Part shown: piece by piece, positions 37,066 to 46,751 of the stretch
Layout: every line of letters starts with the position of its first letter
Position numbering within the stretch: the stretch's first letter is position 1
Source of the DNA: Myxococcales bacterium
Lineage (GTDB): Bacteria > Myxococcota_A > UBA9042
Reading direction: 5' to 3'
DNA: 64,000 nt
NCBI GenBank assembly: GCA_037441385.1
Contig: JBBISH010000009.1
Span: 1-64,000, forward strand
Position numbers and translations under genes: made by a program
Notes under the pieces: model-generated
Told to the model about the DNA's origin: nothing
Database searches by the model: none
What the model saw: the letters and a program-made list of their open reading frames with translations, nothing else

Positions 37066-38397
37066 TCAGATCTTGATGAGGAGGGCCAAAGTGAAACGGT
37101 CCTCGCTTTTGCGCAGGTCGGGTTGCCAGCCGGGGACAACCGCGGCGGGTGTGCCGGTGTTGCCACCGGGCGGGGTCACGCCGCCCGAACCGGCGAAATA
37201 GGGCACGTTGGCAGCACGGTGGTTGAACTCTGCACGGAACATGGCATTTTCGGTTGGCATCCAGTCTGCGGTCAGCTGCGTGTCCCAGCCGACAAAGGGA
37301 GCCCCGGCCGCGGTCGAGAAATAGGGCGTGCCCGTCGCGGCGGACGCTCCGTTGATCGGCGGCAATAGCACCAAGTACCGCCCAGGGTTGCGGATGGCAC
37401 CGCCGCCCACCGTGACGCCAAATTGGTCGCGGGCCAGCCACAAGCGGTTGTAGGCCATGAAACCCAGGAAACTTTGCTCGGTGCAGGTCACCCCGCTGCC
37501 GTACTCACAGCCCAGATCCACCGTCAGCGAGGCCGCGGCTTTGCTCAGCCAACTTCCCGCCGCGTCGCGGTATTTCCACATGATGGCGCTGTCGGAGTGC
37601 ACACGCTTGCGGTCGGGCGTCCCCAGCGTGTCGGCGCCGTAGTAGAGGTTGCTGACGACGCTCACACTCCCGGTGGGCCGCCACAGGATTTGCCCCCCCA
37701 CGCCGGGCGCGTCGGCATAGCGGCCGTACGACTGCCAGCCGTTGATCAGCCACAGCTCCGTCTTGAGGCGGTCCGTCCAAAACGCCTGAATGCGCGCCCC
37801 GTTGAAGTACCACGGCGTATTCGACGACACATAGCTGGGTTGGTAGGTCCAGTTGTCGGCGTTGTAGTAGCTCCACAGGCCAATGAAGCTCATGAAGATG
37901 CCAGCTTGAACGTTGACGCCCTGCAGTGCGTCGAAGTGGTAGCCGCCATAGGCTTCGCTCAAGTAGCGGTAGGCGTCGCCCAGGCGCCATTGACCGCGCG
38001 CCACGGTCGAGTCGCTGTTCGGCGTCGTTTGCGAGTACAGGCCCAGCTGCGCCATGACCCGCGCGTGCGCCGGGCCCGCGTGGAAGTCGCCGCCCAGGCC
38101 CAGATGCGTAATGTGAAGCTCGCCATGGCGGAAGACCTCGGTCGAGCCGACGATCGTGTCGTCCTTGGGCGCCGCCAGGCTGTAGTGCCACGCGGTATCC
38201 ATACGAAATTCACCGGTAAAATACTCGCTGGTCAGCAGCGACTTGGTGGTGCGCCCGTTGCCCGGAATCCACGTAAAATCGGCAAAGGCAAACGGCTCGG
38301 TGCTGGCCGTCGGCGTCGCCTCGGTCGCAGCAGGGACCTCGCCATAGGCCGGCAACGAAGCCAATGCAGTAAGTAGGGCTAGCCAAAGTACCTTCAT
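37066..38397 (-). CDS. Outer-membrane beta-barrel (putative porin of the type seen beside kdp genes)
   Basis: Signal peptide; PFAFADFTW, EAYGGYHF and YQPSYVSSNTPW; amphipathic C-terminal strand. Confidence 0.8.
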   Translation of the reverse strand: MKVLWLALLTALASLPAYGEVPAATEATPTASTEPFAFADFTWIPGNGRTTKSLLTSEYFTGEFRMDTAWHYSLAAPKDDTIVGSTEVFRHGELHITHLGLGGDFHAGPAHARVMAQLGLYSQTTPNSDSTVARGQWRLGDAYRYLSEAYGGYHFDALQGVNVQAGIFMSFIGLWSYYNADNWTYQPSYVSSNTPWYFNGARIQAFWTDRLKTELWLINGWQSYGRYADAPGVGGQILWRPTGSVSVVSNLYYGADTLGTPDRKRVHSDSAIMWKYRDAAGSWLSKAAASLTVDLGCEYGSGVTCTEQSFLGFMAYNRLWLARDQFGVTVGGGAIRNPGRYLVLLPPINGASAATGTPYFSTAAGAPFVGWDTQLTADWMPTENAMFRAEFNHRAANVPYFAGSGGVTPPGGNTGTPAAVVPGWQPDLRKSEDRFTLALLIKI

Positions 38398-38531
38398 CCT
38401 TCTCCATCCAGGCGCGGCGGTGGGGGCCGCTGCGGCCGCCAGGCCGAGAGCATGGCGGCAGCTCGCACCCAGACAAGATAGACCAATGGCGGCCCAAGCA
38501 ACACCACTGCGAGCCCAATACAATGCTTCAT
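38394..38531 (-). CDS. 45-aa small membrane peptide, KdpF-like (not in the ORF track)
   Basis: AGGAGGGGG RBS; translates to MKHCIGLAVVLLGPPLVYLVWVRAAAMLSAWRPQRPPPPRLDGEG; its TGA overlaps the porin ATG. Confidence 0.65.
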   Translation of the reverse strand: MKHCIGLAVVLLGPPLVYLVWVRAAAMLSAWRPQRPPPPRLDGEG

Positions 38532-38577
38532 CTGCGGCCCCCTCCTGCGAGCCCGCGGCGCAGCATGCCTGGCAAGT

Positions 38578-38659
38578 CGTCAAGAAGGCGTCAGGATCAC
38601 AGCTTGCCGCATCAGGGCGGTATCAAGATCGCCAAAGGCGAATTGACGCAATCTTGATG
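38578..38659. promoter_or_regulatory. Three OmpR/PhoB-type (putative KdpE) direct-repeat boxes
   Basis: CGTCAAG-N4-CGTCAGG (38578-38595), CATCAGG-N4-TATCAAG (38610-38627) and, on the minus strand, CATCAAG-N4-CGTCAAT (38642-38659). Confidence 0.7.
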
Positions 38660-38714
38660 CCCCAAATGCGATGCTGCGCGGCCTAGCGGGGGCTGACCCC
38701 GCACTGGTTCACCG

Positions 38715-40763
38715 ATGTCGCCTTTGCGCCGCTTCCTTTTCGGTTCCCCAAAAGACGTCAAAGACCCTCAAGCCTTTCATAAACTTTCCTTGGTCGCCTT
38801 GCTTGCCTGGATCGGCCTGGGCGCCGACGGCCTGTCGTCGTCATCGTATGGTCCAGACGAGGCTTTTCGCGCTCTCGGCGAGCACACCGGCCTGGCGGCT
38901 CTGCTCGCGGTGGCCGTCGCCGCGACCGTGTTCATCATCGGCTACGGCTACACGCGGATCATCGAGCAATTCCCATCCGGCGGCGGCGGTTATGTCGTCG
39001 CCAGCAAGCTCTTGGGGCCCAAAGTCGGCGTCGTCTCCGGGGCCGCGCTGCTCGTCGACTACGTCTTGACCATCACCATCTCGATCGCCAGCGGCGCCGA
39101 CGCGATTTTCAGCTTCTTGCCGCCCGAGTGGGCGAGCGTGAAGATCGCGGTCGTGCTGGTCGGGCTGGCGACCTTGACGGTCATGAACGTCCGCGGCGTC
39201 AAAGAGTCCGTCGTCGCGCTGACGCCGATCTTCTTGATTTTTCTGGTGACCCACGCGGTGCTCCTGGCCATCGCCGTCGGCAGCCACGTGACCGACGCGG
39301 CCGCAGTGACGGCCGAAGTGGGCGCCAACCTGCACCGCACCACCTCGCAACTCGGCATGGTCGCAACGATCGGTCTCTTCGTCCGCGCCTATTCGCTGGG
39401 CGGCGGCACGTTTACTGGGCTAGAGGCCGTCTCGAACGGCGTCGCCCTGATGCGCGAACCGCGCGTCCGCACCGCGCGCCGGACCATGATGCTCATGATG
39501 GTGTCGCTGGCCGTCACCGCCGGCGGGATCATGCTGGCGTATCTGCTGGTTGGGGCCCACCCCGAGCCCGGCAAGACCATGAACGCCGTACTGGCCGAGC
39601 GCGTCGCCAGCGCCTGGACCTTGGGCAGCTGGAAAGTGGGAGCGGCCTTTGTCGTCGTCACTTTGATCAGCGAAGCGGCCTTGCTGTTCGTCGGCGCACA
39701 GGCCGGCTTTGTCGACGGCCCGCGGGTCATGGCCAACATGGCGACCGACTCGTGGCTGCCGCACCGCTTCGCGGCCTTGTCCAGCCGATTGTCGATGCGG
39801 AACGGGGTGTTGCTGATGGCGGGGGCCGCCACCGCCGCGCTGGCCTACACCGGTGGCGACGTCTCGAAGCTGGTGGTGATGTACTCGATCAACGTGTTCG
39901 TCACCTTCAGTCTGTCGAATTTGGCCATGCTGCGGTTCTGGTTGCGCGATCGGAAGCAACATCCCGACTGGTGGCGCCACGTGCCGGCGCACCTGGTGGC
40001 CCTGGTCCTGTGCTTGACCATCTTGGGGATCACGGTCTACGAAAAATTCGCCGAAGGCGGCTGGGTCACGCTGTTGGTCACGGCCGCGCTCGTCGCGCTG
40101 TGCCTGGCGATCGCGCGCCACTATCGGGCGATCTCCACGGCGGTGCGGGCTCTCGATCAGCACCAGCCCTCGCCGCACGGCGTGGAGCGGGCCCAGGGCG
40201 AAGACGCCGCGCTGGCGGCCACCGCCTTCGTCGAAGACGCCCAGCACGTGGCCGAGCACCACACGGCCCAAGATCCCGATCCAGCCAAGCCCGTGGTCAT
40301 CCTGCTGGTCGGCGGCTACAGCGGCTTGGGCCGGATGGCCTTGCGCATGTTGCTCAAGATGTTCCCAGGGCATTTTGCCGGCGCCGTGTTCGTCAGCATC
40401 GCCGTGGTGGACTCCGAGAGCTTCAAAGGCCCCAGTGAAATCGAGCACCTGGAGCACCGAACCCGCCACCACCTGCTGCAGTACGAGCGGTTTGCACGCT
40501 CGGTGGGCCTGCGCGCCGCCAGCGTGTTTGCCGTAGGAACCGAGGTGCCCGACGAGGTCGAAAAGGTCGCGACACGGCTGATCGCCCGCTACCCCAAGGC
40601 GCTTTTCGTGGCGGGCCAGATCATCTTCGACGAAGACTCGCTGTGGAATCGCATCCTGCACAACGAGACCGCGTTCCTGGTCCAGCAGCGCTTGCAGCGT
40701 CAGGGCTTGCCGATGGTGGTCTTGCCCGTGGAGCTGGGGGCAAGGCCGGTGGCTGCGCGGTAG
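38715..40763 (+). CDS. APC-superfamily permease, KimA/YdaO-like K+ transporter
   Basis: ADGLSSSSYGPDE, FPSGGGGYVVAS, ALLVDYVLT and FTGLEAVSNGV; C-terminal soluble domain with ILHNET. Confidence 0.82.
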   Translation: MSPLRRFLFGSPKDVKDPQAFHKLSLVALLAWIGLGADGLSSSSYGPDEAFRALGEHTGLAALLAVAVAATVFIIGYGYTRIIEQFPSGGGGYVVASKLLGPKVGVVSGAALLVDYVLTITISIASGADAIFSFLPPEWASVKIAVVLVGLATLTVMNVRGVKESVVALTPIFLIFLVTHAVLLAIAVGSHVTDAAAVTAEVGANLHRTTSQLGMVATIGLFVRAYSLGGGTFTGLEAVSNGVALMREPRVRTARRTMMLMMVSLAVTAGGIMLAYLLVGAHPEPGKTMNAVLAERVASAWTLGSWKVGAAFVVVTLISEAALLFVGAQAGFVDGPRVMANMATDSWLPHRFAALSSRLSMRNGVLLMAGAATAALAYTGGDVSKLVVMYSINVFVTFSLSNLAMLRFWLRDRKQHPDWWRHVPAHLVALVLCLTILGITVYEKFAEGGWVTLLVTAALVALCLAIARHYRAISTAVRALDQHQPSPHGVERAQGEDAALAATAFVEDAQHVAEHHTAQDPDPAKPVVILLVGGYSGLGRMALRMLLKMFPGHFAGAVFVSIAVVDSESFKGPSEIEHLEHRTRHHLLQYERFARSVGLRAASVFAVGTEVPDEVEKVATRLIARYPKALFVAGQIIFDEDSLWNRILHNETAFLVQQRLQRQGLPMVVLPVELGARPVAAR

Positions 40764-40885
40764 CTTCGGTTCCGGCACCGGTTGGGTCCCCACTTGGCCG
40801 AGTGCACTGGACTTGCTCATCCCTTCGGGCACGTGGGGGCCCCTGGGTCCGGCGCCTGAGGGCCCTACCCAGCCAGCACTTACCC

Positions 40886-40921
40886 AAAAAACACAGCAGC
40901 CCAGGGTCTCCCCCGGGCTGC
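40886..40921 (-). terminator. Intrinsic terminator
   Basis: Minus strand GCAGCCCGGGG-GAGA-CCCTGGGCTGC followed by TGTGTTTTTT, downstream of the 40969 stop. Confidence 0.75.
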
Positions 40922-40968
40922 CGCGTCCAACTGGCGTGGAGTAGAAGCTACTTGACCAGGACCTGCGC

Positions 40969-42615
40969 CTACTTGACCACGATGGGCGTGGTGGTGGGCT
41001 TGTACTTGTTGTCCAGTTCGCCGTCGACCACGCGCAGCGCGTCCATGCCCCAGTCGTAGCCGTAGTCCGACGGCGAGAACTCAGCGGCCTTCAGCAACTG
41101 GCTGTAGCTGGGCTGCGAGCCCGAGACCAGCGCGCCGACGAAGCGGCCCATCGCCGCGCCCGAGCCCGACACCCACGACTCCAGGCCGTTGGTGACCAGC
41201 TCCAGGTTGGCCGAGCCGCCGCTCTTGAGCGCCCAGTAATCCTTCTCGTAGTAGTTGTACGAGACGCAGCTGTTGATGAACATGATCTGGTAGCTGCTGG
41301 GGAAGTCCGAGGCCGAGAAGTTCTTGGGGTCCAGCGGGCCGTAGCCGATGTAGCTGTGGCCGTTGTACACGAACACGTCGCTGTTCTTGATGGCCTTCTT
41401 GTGCGGGGTCGAGTCGCCCTCGGCGCCAAAGTAGCTGTTCAGCTCTACGGTGACGGTCGTTTCGGCCTTGCTGCCGATCTTGACCTTGACGGGCACCTGG
41501 AAGGTGATCCAGTTCTTGATCAGCTTGTTGCCCACTGCCACGCGCAGCTGCTTCTTCTGGTCGTAGGTGGTGATGCCGGCCGGCCAGTTGCTGGAGTCCA
41601 GCTCCCAGCTCATGATCTGGTCAAAGGTCACGCCCTTGACGGTGGTCGAGCCCACGGTGAAGGTAGTCAGGTCCTGGCCACTGCTATTGGCGGTGACCTT
41701 GAAGCCCGCGCGCGCCTTGAAGATCGCCCGCAGCCCCTCGAACCACATGCGGTAGCCGTCGTCGTCGATCGGGTCGTGCGACTCGCCCGCGGCCCAGTCG
41801 GCCATCATGCCGCTGACCATGCCGATGACCACCTTGTTCTTGGCGACGCCGCCGGTCCACAGCCGGTCGTATTCGGGCCAACTGGTGCCTTTGTTGGTCT
41901 TGTTGCCGGTCAGCTTCATGGTGGTGGGAATGTACAGGCGGTCCAGCTCGGCCTTGGGCACGTAGACGGTGCCGGCCACGGCGGGCTTGGGCAGCTTGGC
42001 CTTTTCGGCGTCGATGGCCTTCTGCTCGTTGGTCATCGCGGTCTTGCACTTGCTCAGCGCCGGGTTGAACACGTACCACAGCGCGCCATTCATGAACTCC
42101 TGCGCGTGCTTGTCGCCCGTGGTGCACTCGTCAAAGACCCGCTTGCTCTGCGAGGTGTAGTTGGTGCCCAGCACCGCCAGCGGCAGCGCCGACTTGGTCG
42201 ACATCGCCTTGGGCACCACCGCCGTATCGGTAAAGGTGTACTCCACGCGCAGCATCGCGGTGCCCTTGTCGGCCGTGTTCTTGGTGTCAAAGACGGTGAC
42301 GGGCGCCTTCTTCCAGGTCTTGATGTCGATGTCCTTCAGCTCGCGCGAGTTCACGCCCACGTTGGCTTCGCGCAAGGCGCCAAAGGCCGACTGAGTCTGC
42401 GACTTCATGGCGTACAGGATGCTGGAGTCGCTGGCCGAGGCCGACACATACACCGCACCGTTGAAGGTGAGCGTGCGGGCGAGCGCGGTGTTCGACGTCA
42501 GGTCGTCTTCGCTCGCTGCGGGGGTAGCAGTGTCCGTGGCGCAGCCGGCAAGGGCGGCGCTGGCGACGACCGCAAACGCGGACGCAAGGCGAACAAGGGT
42601 GGCGCGGTGGTTCAT
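40969..42615 (-). CDS. Hypothetical lipoprotein with a possible clan CD (caspase/gingipain-like) His-Cys dyad
   Basis: Lipobox LAGC; DVFVYNGHS ... IMFINSC; strongly biased codon usage. Confidence 0.8.
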   Translation of the reverse strand: MNHRATLVRLASAFAVVASAALAGCATDTATPAASEDDLTSNTALARTLTFNGAVYVSASASDSSILYAMKSQTQSAFGALREANVGVNSRELKDIDIKTWKKAPVTVFDTKNTADKGTAMLRVEYTFTDTAVVPKAMSTKSALPLAVLGTNYTSQSKRVFDECTTGDKHAQEFMNGALWYVFNPALSKCKTAMTNEQKAIDAEKAKLPKPAVAGTVYVPKAELDRLYIPTTMKLTGNKTNKGTSWPEYDRLWTGGVAKNKVVIGMVSGMMADWAAGESHDPIDDDGYRMWFEGLRAIFKARAGFKVTANSSGQDLTTFTVGSTTVKGVTFDQIMSWELDSSNWPAGITTYDQKKQLRVAVGNKLIKNWITFQVPVKVKIGSKAETTVTVELNSYFGAEGDSTPHKKAIKNSDVFVYNGHSYIGYGPLDPKNFSASDFPSSYQIMFINSCVSYNYYEKDYWALKSGGSANLELVTNGLESWVSGSGAAMGRFVGALVSGSQPSYSQLLKAAEFSPSDYGYDWGMDALRVVDGELDNKYKPTTTPIVVK

Positions 42616-42878
42616 GACCAAACCTGGATGCGGCATGGGGCCGCGTAGGGTAGTGCAGGGGACGGCCGCGAGTTCCACAACGGCGTCGCGGCGTCGACCT
42701 GGGCGGGGGCTCAGGCCGCAAGAGTTTAGTGGTTTTTTCAAGGCCGGGCAAGACCTTATCGCACAACCCACCTCGTCGCATCGCTCTACTTACCAAGGAG
42801 GGCGCGGCCGACTTGCGTCCGGGCTTCTGCTTTTCTACCCTGCAGAGGTCGGCCCGCTGAGCCGTCTGTGCGGTAGCG

Positions 42879-43811
42879 ATGATCCAGGTTCCCTGCCCAC
42901 AAGCACGACGCCTGGCCGGGACCGGGCCCCGGTGCCGAAGCCCGAACCAAATCCTGAGCTTGGCCGTACTCGCCGCAACCCTGCTTGCTGCGCCGGCCTG
43001 GGCCTTTTGCCGCTCGACCACCTGCGCCGGCAGCGCCTGCAAGACCGACGATGCGGGCTGCCCCGCCAGCGGCGCCAAGCTGGCCTGGTCCGGAAGTTGT
43101 GTGGGTTTTTCGATCGAGGCCAACGGCTCGCGCATGATCCCATCCGACAAGCTCTATGCCGCGGTGCGCAAGTCATTCAAGACGTGGAGCCAGGTCGACT
43201 GCGGCGGCGGCAAGTTCGCCAGCATCACCTTTGCCGAGCAGACGCCGAATTTCTGCGACTCAGCCGGCTACAACACCGCCGGGCCCAACGTCAACGCCGT
43301 GATCTTCCAAGACGACAACTGGAAGTTCAAAGCCGACAACAACGTCGCCAAGACCTCGGCCCATTACGACCCCACGACCGGCGAGATCATGGACGCCGAT
43401 CTGGAGCTCAATACGGCCGTCAATCTGTTCACGACGGACGACAACCTGGCCGTGAGCAGCACCAAGTACCTGGATCTGCAAACGGTGGTGACCCACGAGA
43501 TCGGCCACATGCTGGGCATTGCCCACTCGGACCGGGTCGATTCGATCATGTACCCGTACTACATGCAGGGCACGCTGGCGGGGCGCAAGCTCACCGAAGA
43601 CGATGTGGCGGCGGTCTGCGCCATCTACCCACCCAACCGCAACGCCGTTTGCGATCCCACGCCGCACGGAGGGCTGGACATTTGCCGGGCGAACGCGGCA
43701 CCCTCAGAGGGTTGTAGCGCGGCCGCCGGGGCACCTAGCACCGCTTGGCCGTGGCTGGCAGTCGCCTTGGGTGGCGCCGCAGTCGTGGCTGCGCGGCGGA
43801 GACGGACGTGA
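42879..43811 (+). CDS. Matrixin-family zinc metalloprotease with a MYXO-CTERM-like tail
   Basis: HEIGHMLGIAH, Met-turn SIMYP and a C-terminal GCS...hydrophobic...RRRR tail. Start uncertain. Confidence 0.88.
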   Translation: MIQVPCPQARRLAGTGPRCRSPNQILSLAVLAATLLAAPAWAFCRSTTCAGSACKTDDAGCPASGAKLAWSGSCVGFSIEANGSRMIPSDKLYAAVRKSFKTWSQVDCGGGKFASITFAEQTPNFCDSAGYNTAGPNVNAVIFQDDNWKFKADNNVAKTSAHYDPTTGEIMDADLELNTAVNLFTTDDNLAVSSTKYLDLQTVVTHEIGHMLGIAHSDRVDSIMYPYYMQGTLAGRKLTEDDVAAVCAIYPPNRNAVCDPTPHGGLDICRANAAPSEGCSAAAGAPSTAWPWLAVALGGAAVVAARRRRT

Positions 43812-45037
43812 AGGCCCTGGTTCGATTCACCTTCGGTTTTGCGCTGTTGCTGGGCGGAGCCGCGCTCGCCAGCGGCTGCACCAGCACCACCGACGCCAAC
43901 AAAAAGTGCACCGCCGGCCCAGGCAAGGTGTGCTGCACGCCGGGCGTCAACGTGTTCTGCCGTTGCCCTGGCGGCCTGGAAGAAGGCACGATGCAGTGCC
44001 TGCCTGGCGGCGAATCCTTTGGGCTGTGCGGCCCTTGCGATGGTTCGACGATCCCGGCGGACACCCGGACGGTCGAGGAAGACGACATTCAGACCGGCGA
44101 AGACAGCGTAAACGACGCCGGCAACCGCCGCACCGACACGAGCGTCGCGCCCGACGTGCCGCAAGAGACCTGCACGGCGTTTTCCGTCAGCTTGACCGCC
44201 GACAAACCTGCCAGCTTGGCCGGCGACACCAGCAAAGCCAAGGCCGTGATGGCCGGCTTTGGCGCCTGTGCCGTCGCCAACCTGAGCAAAGACATCGTCT
44301 ACGAAGTCAAGACCAACGAACGCGGCAAAGTCACGGCCACCGTAACCCCCGCGGCCGGTTTCGACACCATGGTCTACGTGCGCAGCGGTCCGTGCGGCAA
44401 GGGCGACCAGTTGGTTTGCGCCGATGCGGGCGGCAAGGGCGCCGCCGAGTCCGCCGTTTTCTTTACCGAAGCCAATGACCCGCACTATGTCGTGGTCGAC
44501 GGCAAAAGCAGCAGCGGCGGCTATTCGCTCCAGCTCGAGTTGCAGCCCGGCTCGTACTGCGGCGACAACGCGGTCGACCCCGAAGAGGCCTGCGACGACG
44601 GCAACCAGGCCAGCGGCGACGGCTGCAGCGCCACCTGCGGCATCGACGGCAGCCAGGCCGCCGCGCAGAACTGCCCCGGCGTCGCCGTGCACATCTGGGA
44701 AGACCCAGTGACCCTGACCAACACCACCGACGCCAACCCCAACGTGCAAAAGGCCAGCTGCGGCGGCGGCGGTGGGCGCGACGCCATCTACCAAGTCATA
44801 CCCCACCGCACCGGCACACTGCAAGTCACGGTAAAGAGCGATGTTTTTGACACCGTGCTCTATGCCCGCAGCGACACCTGCAGCCCCGGAACCGAGCTTG
44901 CCTGCGCCAACAAGATCAAGGGCAACGGCGACGAGTCCATCACCTTGCCCATCCAGACGGGCGTGCCCGTGTGGGTGGTGGTCGACGGCTACAAGTACGG
45001 CAAGGGCGTGTTCACGCTCGACTTCTCCAAGCCGTGA
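43808..45037 (+). CDS. Cys-rich lipoprotein with a myxobacterial CGD..EACDDGN..GDGCS repeat and two PPC-like domains
   Basis: Lipobox ASGC; GTGA overlap with the upstream gene; duplicated FDT..Y.RS...VVVDG modules. Confidence 0.82.
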   Translation: MKALVRFTFGFALLLGGAALASGCTSTTDANKKCTAGPGKVCCTPGVNVFCRCPGGLEEGTMQCLPGGESFGLCGPCDGSTIPADTRTVEEDDIQTGEDSVNDAGNRRTDTSVAPDVPQETCTAFSVSLTADKPASLAGDTSKAKAVMAGFGACAVANLSKDIVYEVKTNERGKVTATVTPAAGFDTMVYVRSGPCGKGDQLVCADAGGKGAAESAVFFTEANDPHYVVVDGKSSSGGYSLQLELQPGSYCGDNAVDPEEACDDGNQASGDGCSATCGIDGSQAAAQNCPGVAVHIWEDPVTLTNTTDANPNVQKASCGGGGGRDAIYQVIPHRTGTLQVTVKSDVFDTVLYARSDTCSPGTELACANKIKGNGDESITLPIQTGVPVWVVVDGYKYGKGVFTLDFSKP

Positions 45038-46704
45038 CCGCTCCTCTCTCGCTGCGCCCGTACCAGACCGCGGCAGTCCAGGCGGTGGTGGCGGCCCGCA
45101 AGCGAGGCGTGCGGCGGATGGTGCTGGTGCTGCCCACCGGCGCGGGCAAAACCGTCGTGTTCGCCCACCTTTCGGCCCTGGCCCAGCAACCAGTCCTGGT
45201 GTTGGCGCATCGCGATGAGTTGGTGCAGCAAGCGCGCAGCAAGATCGCCCAAGTGCTTGGTAGTGCAGCTGAAGTCGCGGTGGAGCAGGCCGATCAGGTG
45301 GCGCCGGCCTCGGCCAAGGTGGTGGTGGCGTCGATTCGGTCGCTGCACTCCGAGCGGCTGCAGCGAGTGCTGGCGTTGCGGCAATTTGGCCTGGTCATCT
45401 ACGACGAGTGCCACCACGCCGCCGCCGACGATAACCTGCGCGTTTTGGAGCAGTTGGGGGCCTTCCACGCCAGTTGGCCCGGCACCTTGCTGGGCGTAAC
45501 GGCCACCACCGAGCGCGGCGACGGCCAGGGCTTGGACAAGGTTTTTGAGGAGATCGTCTACCACCGCACCCTGCCCGAGATGGTAGACGAAGGCTATCTG
45601 GTGCCGCTGCGGGGCTACCGCATCGAAACGCGTGAGGATCTGCGAGGACTTGCGCAAGGTGACAGCGACTTCGTGCTGGAGCCGCTGGCCGAGGCGGTCG
45701 ACATCGAGGAGCGCAACGCCCTGGTGGCGCGCACCATCCAGGAACTGGCGCGCGATCGCCGCACCATCTGCTTTTGCGTGACCATTGCGCACGCGCGGAA
45801 CCTGACCAAAAGCTTGAACTTGCTGGGGCTTTCCGCCGGCCACGTCAACGGCGAAATGCCTTTGGCGCAGCGCAGTGCGGTGTTGCAGGCGTTTCGCGAC
45901 GAGCGCATCCAAGTCCTGACCAACGTGGCGGTGCTGACCGAAGGCTTTGATGATCCTGGGGTTTCGTGCATCGCCATGGCCCGGCCGACCCGCAGTTCCA
46001 CCCTGTACAGCCAGTGCGTCGGCCGCGGCACTCGCCTGCATCCGGGCAAGAAAGACTGCCTAGTCCTGGACTTTGTGGATACGAGCGATCTGTCGCTATG
46101 CAATGCCCCGTCGCTCTACGGGATGCCCACCGACTTTGACCTGCAGGGCCAGCGCGCCGACGAGGCGGCGGCGACCTGGCGGCAGATTCAGTTTGATTAC
46201 CCGGGCTTTGAGTGGGAGGCCGGCGCCATCACTCTGGACGAGGTCAAGCGCCGCGCCGAGGCTTTCGATCCCCTGTCGCTGCGGGTCGATCGCGAGGTGC
46301 TGGCGATCAGCCCGCTGGCGTGGGTCTCGCTGGGCCGGGCGGGCTTGGCCCTGCACTGGATGCCCACGCCGCACCAGTTGGACCAGGCGCGGATTCGGCC
46401 GGTGGCGGCGCGCGGCAAGCGCTGGCAGGTCACGCTGCTGGGGCAGGACATCGCGCGGTTCTCGCGTGCAGAAGAGGCGGTAGAGGCGGTGGACTACGAG
46501 ATCGGCCAGCGCGGGCGGCAGAGCTGGGAGAGTGCCCTGCCCTCGGCGCCGTGGCGCTTGCAGCCGCCGACCCTGGAGCAGGTGCGCGAGCTGGCGAGTC
46601 TGCGGCCGCCGCGCTCGGCGAAGAACCTGGGTGAGGCACTGCATTTGCTGGCGTTGGCGCGGCATGCGGGTTTGGGGCGCGCGGTGGTGCCGGTGAATTC
46701 TTGA
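45034..46704 (+). CDS. SF2 DEAD/DEAH-box helicase (Irc3/YejH-like)
   Basis: LRPYQ, LPTGAGKT, DECHH, TAT, VLTEGFD and QCVGRGTR; GTGA overlap with the upstream gene. Confidence 0.92.
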   Translation: MTAPLSLRPYQTAAVQAVVAARKRGVRRMVLVLPTGAGKTVVFAHLSALAQQPVLVLAHRDELVQQARSKIAQVLGSAAEVAVEQADQVAPASAKVVVASIRSLHSERLQRVLALRQFGLVIYDECHHAAADDNLRVLEQLGAFHASWPGTLLGVTATTERGDGQGLDKVFEEIVYHRTLPEMVDEGYLVPLRGYRIETREDLRGLAQGDSDFVLEPLAEAVDIEERNALVARTIQELARDRRTICFCVTIAHARNLTKSLNLLGLSAGHVNGEMPLAQRSAVLQAFRDERIQVLTNVAVLTEGFDDPGVSCIAMARPTRSSTLYSQCVGRGTRLHPGKKDCLVLDFVDTSDLSLCNAPSLYGMPTDFDLQGQRADEAAATWRQIQFDYPGFEWEAGAITLDEVKRRAEAFDPLSLRVDREVLAISPLAWVSLGRAGLALHWMPTPHQLDQARIRPVAARGKRWQVTLLGQDIARFSRAEEAVEAVDYEIGQRGRQSWESALPSAPWRLQPPTLEQVRELASLRPPRSAKNLGEALHLLALARHAGLGRAVVPVNS

Positions 46705-46751
46705 AAGTTCACTGGGGGTGTCGCCAGAATTCGTTTAGGGCATGGGGTGGT

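Noticed and set aside
38532..38714. c-di-AMP (ydaO) riboswitch ahead of the KimA-like gene
   Set aside because: I could not identify the conserved riboswitch elements; the short gap is largely occupied by the direct-repeat boxes.
45034..46704. Helicase as part of a restriction or defence system
   Set aside because: No methylase or nuclease is nearby; it has host-like codon usage and overlaps the upstream host gene.
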